Below, piece after piece: positions 52,859-64,000 of a stretch of DNA of 64,000 nt (positions within the stretch are counted from its first letter, which is position 1; the number at the start of each line of letters is the position of its first letter). This DNA comes from Podarcis gaigeae (Eukaryota). A program made the translations under genes and the position numbers. The notes beneath the pieces were generated by a model, which worked only from the letters and a program-made list of their open reading frames with translations, was not told where the DNA came from and did no database searches. The stretch lies in assembly GCA_964106915.2 (NCBI GenBank), contig OZ066914.1, one strand, 5' to 3'.

Positions 52859-53589
52859 GAATATGTGTGTTATTACTATTAACACTGTTTACTTTGTCAC
52901 ACAAAATGTAAAGGCATTTTCATATGTGTTGGCCCGCATGAAAAGTTCCAAAATCCACACTCGGGCAATACTTCTGTTATTATGCCAACCAAAATGTTAC
53001 AGTAGCTTAGATACTATTTTGCGATATTTTGGTTGGCCTAATAAGGGTGTTGCCCTAATATGGATTTTGGAACTGCTTCATCTTCTAAATCTATCCTTCT
53101 TTGGGTCATCAGGACCAGCATTTGTGCTTCTTTGCCATATAGAAAAAGCACCGCTAAGGTTTCGATACAAGAATGCATTTGTATTGGAGGTCATTTGGTA
53201 CATCACTCCATCTGATGTGAAAATCTTAAGCCTGCTTCATCCAGCAGCCAACCAATTAAACTTTGTCTTGCCTTTGGCACAAGGGAAAAATCTTTCCCAG
53301 TTCCTCCTTCTGAGCAGCAGGGATTATCTGTGCGCGCTGAAATGAGCCAGCCCTCCCTTTCCCTCCTGCAACAATAAATGCCACATTGATTTAGAATGAG
53401 CGGCTTGTTTTACAGTGCTGCATCTCTGCACCAGCTTTCTCCACCGAGGCTGGGGCATTTCCCTTTTAAGAGCTTGCAAAACTGGAAGGGAACGAGGCAA
53501 AGAAGGAAAATCTAGGCCATTGCCCCTTTTAAGCTGCAATTCTGCCTGCCTGTCTCCCTTTAATCTGCACCCAAAGCCCCAGGATCAGA

Positions 53590-55050
53590 GGCTGACGTCA
53601 TCCTGCCCCTGAGCCTCCCTCTCTGATTGGCTGAGGGTGACGTCAGGTGCTTTTTTTCAAGGCATGACCTCATCCTCAGTTCATTTTTAGTTCTAAAGTG
53701 CAACCTTCTGTCTTCCTGGATCCCTTCAGCCCTGTTAATGCTTATCTGTGCTACCTCCCCCCCCCCTCACACTACCCTCGCCCCTTCTGCAGATACATGC
53801 CTGCCCCTTAGTTACAGGGCTGGCATTATGAGCGCATTTCAGTGTGGCTGCGCGCGTGTATTTGCAGAGGGTTAGATCTTGCATCATCAGCACTTGCCCC
53901 AGCGTTTTCAGAGCGTTTCCCATCCGACCTTCTCCTAATTGTGGTTAAATCATCCTGACGAATGTGCAGAAATCTGCAATCAGCTGGAGGGTTTAAAGGG
54001 CTTTGATCCTGGGCTGCAGAGGAAGTGCCAGGAAGGTAAGTGTTTTTAAATGTTATTAAGGATCCGCGCGAGAGTCGGGGGTGGCGGTGAGGACTGGACT
54101 TCCACATATCGCTTAATGACCCTGCAGAATACTGCAGTACGGGAGATCCCATGCGGGTTTGTATGGGGGGCGGGTGGGCAGCGGGGTGGGTACTACAACC
54201 TGCACAGGCTTTTAATACGCTTATTGGACCTTCCGCATCAAGACGCGAATGCTGCATCTTGCTGCATTCAGCATGCGTTCCCATGGAATCCTATGTGTAA
54301 TGCCGGCTTCTACTAGATCTGTGACTGTGCATAAATTTAGTGCATGCATCGTAATCTTATCTGGGAGGGGAAGGCTTTGGGGATGGGGGAGTGGGATGGT
54401 GCTAATTTTGGAAGGTAGAGTAGGTGCCGAAGGTTTTTGCAAAAAAATAAATAAAGGTGTAATTCTAGCAGGAGGAACACCTCTCCAATGCTGCATACAG
54501 AAAAATGCGCAGTAGAGTCAGCCGTGCTGCAGGGAAGGGAGAACTGCGTTCAGCGAATCGCATATTTATGACGTGTGTTTAAGTAACAGGAGGGTTTTAA
54601 GAATCGGATTATACTAGGCTGAAATAAAACAGCAGGCTCCTGCGAAGTGAAGGGAAAGTCTCTGTGCTTATATATGTGTGTGCGCAGTTGTGACCGGGGC
54701 GGGGCGGGGGGACGTGTTTGTGTGCGTTTCTGCTAAGAGGTGGTTGTTATGCCTCGAGACTTTTCCAGGAAGGATCAGACGAGGGGAAATGTTCAAGGCT
54801 CGCTTCGGATGCGGAGCGTGGAGTGTCCTCATTCTTCTTAGGATTGCGGGGGGAGAGAGAGACAGAGACGGTCCCTAAAGCTTTCCCTCTGTGGTTTGTG
54901 AGGTTGGTGTTAACAGCCCTGTGGTTTCCTAATGCCGAAAGAGTTTGGTTTGCCGCCCGGTTCCTTGGCGCTTCGGAAGCACCCGAGGAAACAAGAGTCT
55001 GCTGCGTTTCACCTTGGCTAGCGCCTTGACTAGGAGCAGCAGTGCGTGTG
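53590..55050 (+). promoter_or_regulatory. Promoter/CpG-rich region with a probable non-coding first exon (donor AAG|gtaagt at 54035/54036); likely DUSP8 by synteny
   Basis: TGACGTCA at 53593-53600 and 53638-53645; ATTGG at 53626-53630; TGACCTCA at 53665-53672; GC boxes at 54696-54711; raised CpG content. Gene identity is inferred only from the conserved CTSD-IFITM10-DUSP8 order; no DUSP8 coding sequence is visible. Confidence 0.65.
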
Positions 55051-56403
55051 TGTGTGTGTGCTGTGATTCAGCATTTGACGGTTTGAAAACAACCACCACC
55101 TCATCCAATAGAATGGTCAGGAAGGTTTGCCCACATTTCATGTCTTCAGTTCAGTCAGGAACAGAGCAGGAAGGGCCTCCCCCCGCCCCCGGTGGTGGTG
55201 ATGGGGGAAATAAGCACTTTTTTATTTTATGTTTTGCATGATACAGAATTAAGATTTGATACAGCTGTGGCCAAGAAATACTGCATGCAGACATTCTTCT
55301 GGGGCCTTTCTGTAGGAGATGGATTGCCGACTTGTCATAATGTATGGATTTTGTGGGTGGGTGGGTGTGAAATCACTATGCTGTCAGTTGCAAAGGGTCT
55401 AATCCAAGCTTCATTGCTTTAGGCACCACACACACACTATTAACAACCTGCATCTCAGTATGATTAAAAATGTAAGATTTCTCTATACATCTCTCATAAT
55501 GAACGTAAAGAGTTGTTTCAGCCTAGCTCCTGAAACATCAGCTTAATGGTACGGTCATCTATAGAAACGCTTGTACTCCCTTGTTTTGAAGCCTTGCAAC
55601 AAATGACTCCCAATATCTTGCTGCAGTTAGGCTTAATTCTGGCACAACCCAGTTGAATTACACTAGTCAAAATGCAAAAAACTGCAGGGTGGAGGGACAG
55701 AAGCCCCCATGTAAATTAGCAGATGCAAGCCAGAACTTACCTTTTCGTACCTTTTCTTGGTAAGGCCAGTGTAACTTATATTTAAGGTTTGCATGACTAC
55801 ATAGAAGCTTGGCATCACAACAACCCTATGAGATAAATTAGGCTGAGAATACGTAAAGCTGAGCAGACATTGATTTGCTTTATCCAGACATTCTAGCCAT
55901 TGCATCAGGCTTACCCTCTGGGTACTATTTTATAAAAGTATGGATATTTTCACTGATGACACAAAGCAGTCAGCTGAGTTTTTCGTGCCACTTGTGTACA
56001 GGTGTGAACAATGGGAAAGTAAGGGAAATGAAGCTGTTTTTAAACCGAATGTGCATTCTAATTTGTGTAGGCTTTGCAATCGTATTTTGCATTCAGGGAA
56101 TGCAAAAAAGAAAAAGAAAATACTTTCAGTGTCATGGATGAAAATGCCCTTTGTCTGTAATGAAGTCTAAGGAGGCTATGTGTGAATGGTCATTGCATCC
56201 AAGCCAGGGAAGTGTGCTGAGCAGACAGCATTACACATTTTGATAGGTCAGCTGATTTGTTTTGCATGTGAACAATAGCTGAGCTCAAGTCTGAATGAAA
56301 TGGTGTGAGCAATAAAGAGAGAAGGGTTGCTAGCTTCACTGCACTGGGTGCTAGATGTCTTCTGTTCACCTCAAACCTTGCATGGGATGATCTCTCTCTT
56401 TCT

Positions 56404-56406
<3 letters not shown>

Positions 56407-56446
<40 letters not shown>
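56407..56446 (+). repeat. (TC)n microsatellite
   Basis: Direct reading of the sequence. Confidence 0.95.
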
Positions 56447-56453
<7 letters not shown>

Positions 56454-59400
56454 GTTTGATCCCCTCTCCAGTTCTTTTCTTGTCACAGAAAGGGCCCAGA
56501 TACCTCATCATAGGGAAGATGGACCAGGCATCCTCCAGTCCCCCAGACAAGGCTACCAGATTTCAACGTGGATATGTTTAACCATTCTAGAGCTGCAGAG
56601 GGATTCATCCACAGCATCCTGATCCTCTCTTTCTTCTTTGGCCCCTTTGTCCATCTTCTCTTTCCAACTGCTGAGTGGTTAAAAAAATTAAAAAAACAAA
56701 AATAAAAATTTCTGGTGGAAATGGTTGGTCAAGGATCCGGAGAAGCTGTGGATTTGGAAAATTCAAAACCGCCCCTTCCTTCATGGCTGTGCGATTGTTA
56801 AGAAACAGCATGATCTTTGGGTTGCAATTTAGCAGCTTGACTAACAGGCCGGTGTAGACTGCGGTGTGTCACATGAAGAGAGCCTGCGCTTCAAAGGGGA
56901 ATCCCACAAAGAAAAATGAAAAACATCACCAAAGCCGAGGGTCATTGGCCAAATAAGATTGTGTATGACTAAACACTCTCCCACTCTTAATTAGATTAAA
57001 CGGCCAGTCAGATTCAGAGTACGACCATCTGCATCTGTGCACTGATTCAGTTCTTATGAGCTGTGCTGAGCACCACTCATTAAAATGCCGAGCAGCAGGC
57101 AGTGCAGGTGAGAGCAGTGACTGGTGGGAGTTAGGAAGAGGATTGCAAAACGAGCCTCCCGGTTGCTCACCTGGCACTGCAGTGAAAAGCACTGTCCAGA
57201 AGCACCTTAAATAGCATATGTTTAACTCCAGTACTGAGCTGTATGCTTTGCAGAAAACAGAAGGGTCAGCACCTTCCCCGTCCTGAGCACATGCGTCTCT
57301 TGTGGCTTGACAGAAATGAAGGTGAGAAGCATAGCTTGGTACTGGAAGTATCAAATATGGAGAGAAAATGAATGAACCTTACAACATTTCATTTCCTCAT
57401 GCTCAAAAGGGGTTGTTTGTAGATGGGCTATTTCTCCACAGGGGCTTGGGGAAAACACTTCTTTGTTTGTTCACAGGTCCGGCTAGTGTGTTTCTGTAAT
57501 GAGCAGGATTTTTAAAACCCACACAATTGGCTGTGCAGGATAAAAACGCCTACTCTAAAGATCAAGCTATCCAGGCAAGAATTCTCCAACTGTTTAACCC
57601 TGAATATTCTCCAGTATGGCATAGTGAACTTGTTAAGTGTGTGGATATGTTTGTACCACAGATACAGGAGAAGGTGATCTTCAGGTGATGTGGTCACAAG
57701 TATTAAAGGTTTAAGATCAGCACATTAAATTGGGCCTGGAAATAGACTAGCAGCCAGTGCAGCTGACAAACCACTGGCAGAATTCAGTCAGAACCATGGG
57801 CTAGGATTGTGTGCGTGTGTGTGCACACTCATATAATATTGTATGCTATATGAAGTTAAACATGGTAGTAAGATGGTCTTCAGTGAAACGTGGAAAAAGG
57901 CAACTACAGATTCACTCTTTATTCATTATTCCATAGGTATAGCTAAAGGGGGAAAGTGGGGTGAGGGTTTAGAAAGTGCTCTAAATAGGTAATGGTATGC
58001 ACTGACAGAGCAGGGTGGAGAGAACGGAATATGGCTTGTTGAAACTTTGTATATCCCTTCATCCTAGGCTTTTAATTTCACATGGTGAAATTTGCGTAGG
58101 CTTAGTGGATTCCACATTTGCGCAGGCTGAGTGGATTCCACATCTGTGTTTGTGTGTCGTAGCAAAGAAGACAAGAGAGTCTGGCGACTTAAAGGCTGTT
58201 GTTTCAGCATGAGATTTCACATCCTTGTTTAAAAAGATGGAGAAAGTATGCAGCATGTAAACAAGAGAAACACAGCACTGAGAATTTATAAAATACGGCC
58301 CTGTCACTGAGTTATTTGCAAGAAAGCTGCAATTTTTATTTATTTTACTTTTGTACAGGGGTCATATAAAATCCTTGCAAACTGCAGCAACCTTTCACTT
58401 TAGCGGCAGGACAGAGCCATTTCAATGCTTTCTATCCAAATGAATATTAAGTTAAAACTAGTTCTTCAAGCTCTGCATATTCCCCGCCCCATTTGCAAAA
58501 TTATTTCATCAAATATTCATTTGGAGTAAGTTAGTCAGGGCAAGATAACATAGTGGAAGAGAAGTGGACCTATTATTGGGTTTTTCTAAGGCTTGTCCTT
58601 ATGAATATGACCACTCTAGCAGTGGGACCATAATGCCTACTTAAATTTGGGTTTAACAGTGCATTATATAGAAGGGCAAGCAGTTACTACATTTGTTTAT
58701 TCATTTATTTAAAAATAGTGGGGTTTTTCCTGTTTGCAATTCATTGATTTATATGTTTCAGTGTAGACTATCAGTAGAATTAGTCAGAGCTATTTTATAT
58801 GAAATCAATTATGGGATATATTAATATGGGCTTGATTTCTACTCATGGCTGACAATTCAATCTTTGCTGCTGATTTAATAGAGACTTAGACCACATCGTG
58901 CAGTCAAATTTATACTGGCATGGTTATTTTCTTTAAATGTGGAGAAGCTGGGTGGGCCAACATAGTTTATTTTGTAGTGAGCTAATTGAGTTTTTTTTGT
59001 AGCATTTATGCTGGTTTAACTGCTGTAAGTTTATTCTCTGGCATATTAGTGAAAACTGAAAGCAAGTGCACTTGAAAAAATGCAAGTGCTTCTGAAAAGT
59101 AGGCGGCTTTTGGCAATTTTCCTGTAGACACAAAGTGGTTTCTTATGGTAGTCTTAATGGACTGTTGATGGAATAAAGTACTAGAGTCTTACATCACTTG
59201 CAATCAAGCTGAAATGGGAAGCGGAGGAGAAAATACAGTGAATTAAACTCTGCAAAATTAAACACACACATGTTTCTGAGGCATTAAAATAGCATAAATG
59301 GTAAAGATACCTAAAGAGTTAATCAACAGTGCAAATATTTCTTACACTGCTATCTAAGTCACGACTGCCAATAAATCATCTTTCCTACTTTTTATGCCAA

Positions 59401-61089
59401 CATGGCAACAATGTTGTAAAACGCTATTGAAGAGCTTCTTAACTGTTTCAATTAATTAAAACTACAGAGAGCCACTGTGGCGTAATGGATAGATGTGAGA
59501 TTAGAATTGGTGGTAGGGGTGCGCTGCATGGGAATAGTAGAAATTGTGGAAGCAAGATAACTGACATTATTTTCTTGATGTCATTTTGATGCCTCATGCT
59601 CATTATCTTTTTTGGTGGGGTTGTCTATTCCAGATACCTTTTCCAGTACCTGGGGTCCTGGTCACCCCATTTTTCTTCAGATATTTCTTGTTGTTCTTTA
59701 AGCCATAAGTGAGGTGGGTTTATACATTTCCTTACTGGTTCCAGATTATGTGAAAGACACAGAAGCAAGAAAATAAAATATTTTAGTAGACCAACTTTGC
59801 AGGGGAAAGGCTGACCTTTCAGTTGGACTGTTACAGTTTGCAAAACTTTCAGGATTCAGAGCCCATCTTTTGCAAAGCACTGCTCTTCCAGCAATAGTTA
59901 GCAAATGAAAAGTCACTCTACCATATGTTGGGCTGGTGTAGATCTGGAAGTATTGTTTGACGTCTCTCCCATCACTTGGACCACAGTTGCTCTGTGTGTG
60001 TCAGAGACAGAGACTGCTGCTAGGAGCTTTAAACTATTGATCTGCAATATAGTAATTTTCCTTTTGGAGCATTGGCTTCCGTGGAGATACAAGACTTGGA
60101 TCTTCATCTGTCTCACTGTCAGCCTGGCTTTGAATTGGGTTAGCTCCAAGGTGCACTAATTTGTTACATTAAGCAGTTCAGTAGGTATGGTTCATAGACT
60201 GTGCCAATATGAGGAAGTCCTGTCCACCACCAAAAAATGAAAAAAGGCAATACAAGATGGATTTCTTTAGGTTCTCAGCTGATGGTCTGAAACATGAAGG
60301 CTCCCTTTGTACGTAGGAAGTAGGTAGGAAGTGCATAAATAATTTTCTGTACCATTAATGTTAAAACTTCCATGAACATCAGTAAGGTCCAAATTTAGTA
60401 GTTTCACACATCCTGGCCAGTTTATGTTGATGTGTATAGCAATATGTGCAGAATAAACAGGGAAGAAAACTACACAAACAAATGTGTTTACACATTTATT
60501 TAGCTGTTTCTTCTTTTTTTATCAGTCATATACCAGTTCTAGTGAAATTCTAAAGCTAAACTGAGATCAGCAGCAAAATGGGTGGGGGGAAAGGATTAAG
60601 GCTGTGCATCACTGGATTGCCTCTGATTCAACCATGTTTAAACTATGTCATGGAAAATAAGTAGGCATTGTATCTGTAGTTTTAATTCATTACTGAAACA
60701 GGGATGAATAAAACCCTTTATATGAGCATGCCTGTCCGCTTCAGAGCAACGCTTACAGGATGAATTCATGTAATGGTTAATGCATGACAAGCTTGCTGCG
60801 GGCCTCCTTTCCTTTCCATTGACAAATACTATGCTAAGAGCCTTGGACTGTGTTGATGGTGTATATTTATTGATTACATTTTTATCTTGCTGTCCCTGCT
60901 ATGAGCTCAGCACTGTGTGTGTTTCTCCCTCCTCCTCCTTCCAGTCTTCCTATGCTGTGTTGAAACGTAGCCCAAAGTGCTTCCAAATGAAGTGTGCATT
61001 GGAACATGGGCACCTTTGAACCTAGTACAACAAGAACTGACAACACAGGCAGGCAACCAGTCAGGTCTTGAAAATCCCAAATGCGCTCA

Positions 61090-61108
61090 GTGTGTGTGTT
61101 TGTTTGTT

Positions 61109-61154
<46 letters not shown>
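61090..61154 (+). repeat. (GT)n(GA)n compound microsatellite
   Basis: Direct reading of the sequence. Confidence 0.95.
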
Positions 61155-61156
<2 letters not shown>

Positions 61157-61478
61157 TTGGGTGGTGATGATCCTCAAATTTCTGTTTCTTTTGTCAAGGA
61201 AATTTGCATGGCTGTGCGCAAGATAGTGCTTAAAAATCTGGTGACAAAGAAATGACTTGATGCATGCAAGAAGCAGTTTTGTTAAGCACAGCACATTCTT
61301 TGTCCGGGGAAATGTATATACCTTTTTAAATATATACAGTATACTTTCCTTTTTTATTGCTCCTAAAAGGAGGCACTGATAAGGAAAAGCTTGCCTTCTG
61401 CAATGCATTTTGGAGCAAGTAAAAAAAAAAAAGGAATATTAGAATATATATTTCTGTGACAAAGAGCTAAACCGAGAC

Positions 61479-61606
61479 TGGGAAACCTGTGGCCCTCCAG
61501 ATGTTGCTAGACTCCAGCTCCCATCAGCCCCAGTCAGCATGGTTAGTGGTCAAAGATGATGGGAGTTATATTCCAACAGCATATGGAGGGCCACAGGTTC
61601 CCATCC
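61479..61606. mobile_element. Palindromic hAT-like MITE (best-preserved copy of a dispersed family)
   Basis: Long inverted arms gggaaacctgtggccctccagatgttgct ... agcatatggagggccacaggttccc, with an internal ctcccatc/gatgggag pair. Confidence 0.75.
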
Positions 61607-64000
61607 AAGAGCTAAACTCAAGAAGTGCTGTTTTTTAGAATAAAAAACTGCTTGCTTCAGCATTTGAACAATTCCTTTTGCCTCTGGATATCCAGTGCCA
61701 GTGGCCCCAGAATTTGAGGCTGGTGCCTTGACATTTTGATAAGCAATCAAGTGATGCTTCTGTTATCATGTGAGAATTATGGTCATTTGAGTTCTTTGAA
61801 TGTCTTCCCCTTTTGTTTGCTAAAATCTGAGTTATTTTCACAAGGCCGTTCTTTTTTAAGCCTTCCTCCCGCCCCCCCCCCACTTGTTCTTAGCTTTGAC
61901 ACCAGCATATGGTTTGATCAACTAGTAACTGGCCCCAAAGATGGAGATATGGTGCCAAATTGGAAAGGGATTCAAAAGGAAGAAAATTATCCACTTGGTT
62001 CTTTCCCATGACCAGTGGGCTTTGTTGCACCTAAAAGACCAGCTGCCCTAACTGCTTTTCATTTCCCCTTCTAAAGAACTACTGGAACATGTGATAAGGT
62101 TGCCAGCATCCTGGCTTGACCTGCTCCTGTGTCGTTAACAGCAGGCTGGTCTAAAGAAATTGGTAGCTTTTCATTGCATGGGCATGGCACGCAGCATATT
62201 GCCATCTGCTAATGATCTGTATCAGCCTTCCCTAGTCCAGCTGTGCTGCCTGGAGATAATGGAGAGCACCAGGTGGAGAAGGATGATATAGGCCAACCTT
62301 AAAGGCAAAGGTGCAATGGCTGATCAAATGTTTACATTCCTAACTGGTAGTAGACCAGGTTATTTACAATCCACATTATTCAGGACTGTGCACTTAAGCA
62401 GGAGCTGGAGCCAGTCTCACCTTGGAGTATACCTTCATGTTGGATGGTTCTGCAAATGTTTGTTGCATAAACACTTTACACTTGTAGGTGCATAATGCTA
62501 AAAACTTTATTGTGCACCTTAAAACGTAATTGTGAAGTGAGCTCCTTGGATAGGTCATGCCATCAGACAAAGGAAATGCTTTTGATAACAAGAATGCCCT
62601 AAAAAGTATACAACTTTGGAATCCATTTTTGAGAACAAATACTGGAATGTTCTGCCTCCCTTTTCCAGCCAAAGTGGCTAATGAGCTGACCCATTTTGCC
62701 AGCTGTTACATCAATGATCCCACTGGAGATTATCTGTGCTGGAATGCTTTTTCCCTATTCTGTAAATTGGTGCAGTGAGGAATGAGAGATTTTGTGATGC
62801 AAGAAGAAAACCATTAAGTTCCAGCAGTGTGCATTTGCTGCTCTGGGTAGCTGGGCTGGATGAGGGAGGAAGAAGAACATGCATTTGGTTGATCTCTTAC
62901 CCTCCCCCCAAAACACTGCATCAGCAAGCACAGCAATCCTATTTGTAAATCGCAATTTTCAGGAATCACATATCCCATAGTGTTGGCCCATCATCTGCAT
63001 GCCAGATGTTCTTCCTCTTGGCATAAAGGTAGGGTATGTAAGTAGGACCTCTCCAAGCTCCCCGATAGTGCCAGCCTATGAATCTCTTTGAGAAACTATT
63101 GTGCTTACAAGTACTGGTGCATGCAGGAAGTTGGACAGGTCTTGAACTGGATTGAACAGCTAAGGAACGGTCACACCTAGTGTTTTGCATTACTTTTTAT
63201 TATACTGGAGGACTTCTGTTAAGTCATTCCCAGAGATTTGCAGCATTGTTGGAAACGATAATATGTAAAAAGTTTCCACAGTGACATTTTTAAACATAGG
63301 AGTGATTATAACTTGGACAGTAGCTCCTGCTAACTTGTGTTCAGCATGAAGTTAAATCACTCTGAGTGCTCTTCCATTACTCCAAAGGTGACTTCATAGA
63401 GTAGAAACTCATTGCCTGTGTGAGTGTTTACATGAGGGGTGGGATTCCGTGGCCTTCCAGATGTTGCTAGACTCTAAATCCCATCTTCCATGACAGTTCC
63501 CCACCCCACCCCACCCCGGTTTTCAAATTAATTTATCTTGAGGCCATCATTTCAAGGTCACTGGACATCAGAGATGGGAGTGTATTACATGCAAGGAAGG
63601 GATGTCCTTGATTAGTCTTCTTTTTCCTCCCTTCTGTTTCACTTCAGAATAGTTGCACCCCCAACCCATCATGGGATGGGTTATTGAAGTATACTCAAGC
63701 ATGTAAGCCTGTCAGGAACTGTTAGGAAGCATGTTAGAAGGCTGTGGAAGAAGGGACTCACATGGCGGAGCTGTTGATATTTGCTAATTGTTCCATTGAG
63801 CTCTTATTCCTAGATAAGTGTGTGCAGAATTGTAGGTTCAGTAACTGTATATTTGGGGCTTCTTGGTATTGTTGAAAACCCCTTTTCAGATTTATCAATA
63901 TAAATGGTTGTGTGGGAGCTTAGGAATGCAGAGCTCTTTCTGGAATTCCGCTTTTACAGTCAGTCATTGGAGTTCATGGGAAGAGTACATTGTTGTCTTC

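Noticed and set aside
52863-53345. 160-aa ORF upstream of the CRE promoter
   Set aside because: No recognisable domain or convincing splice context; compatible with chance.
55050-64000. DUSP8 coding exons
   Set aside because: No rhodanese- or phosphatase-like peptide in the ORF track; the region looks intronic.

Overview
Vertebrate genomic DNA from a squamate reptile, most likely a lacertid lizard (Sauria SINE, Bov-B, CR1, L2 and RTE repeats), with one 140-N assembly gap. The + strand carries the last three coding exons of cathepsin D (CTSD; 89-233, 1481-1579, 2192-2362). A CpG island (~10.1-11.6 kb) follows, then IFITM10 (CD225/dispanin family), whose two coding exons (ending at 12746; 35818-35967) are split by a 23-kb intron. 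At ~53.6-55 kb lies a second CpG-rich promoter with CRE-CCAAT-CRE and a strong splice donor; by synteny it is probably the non-coding 5' end of DUSP8. The rest is intronic or intergenic DNA rich in transposon fragments and microsatellites, and most ORFs in the supplied track are spurious. The most interesting signal is a 62-codon stretch upstream of the first in-frame AUG of IFITM10 that appears conserved as protein. An in-frame TAG cuts it off from upstream exons that use the strong acceptor, and a CUG in optimal Kozak context sits at its 5' end. This suggests a CUG-initiated long isoform. Comparisons with human sequences and repeat consensuses are from memory and need checking by alignment.
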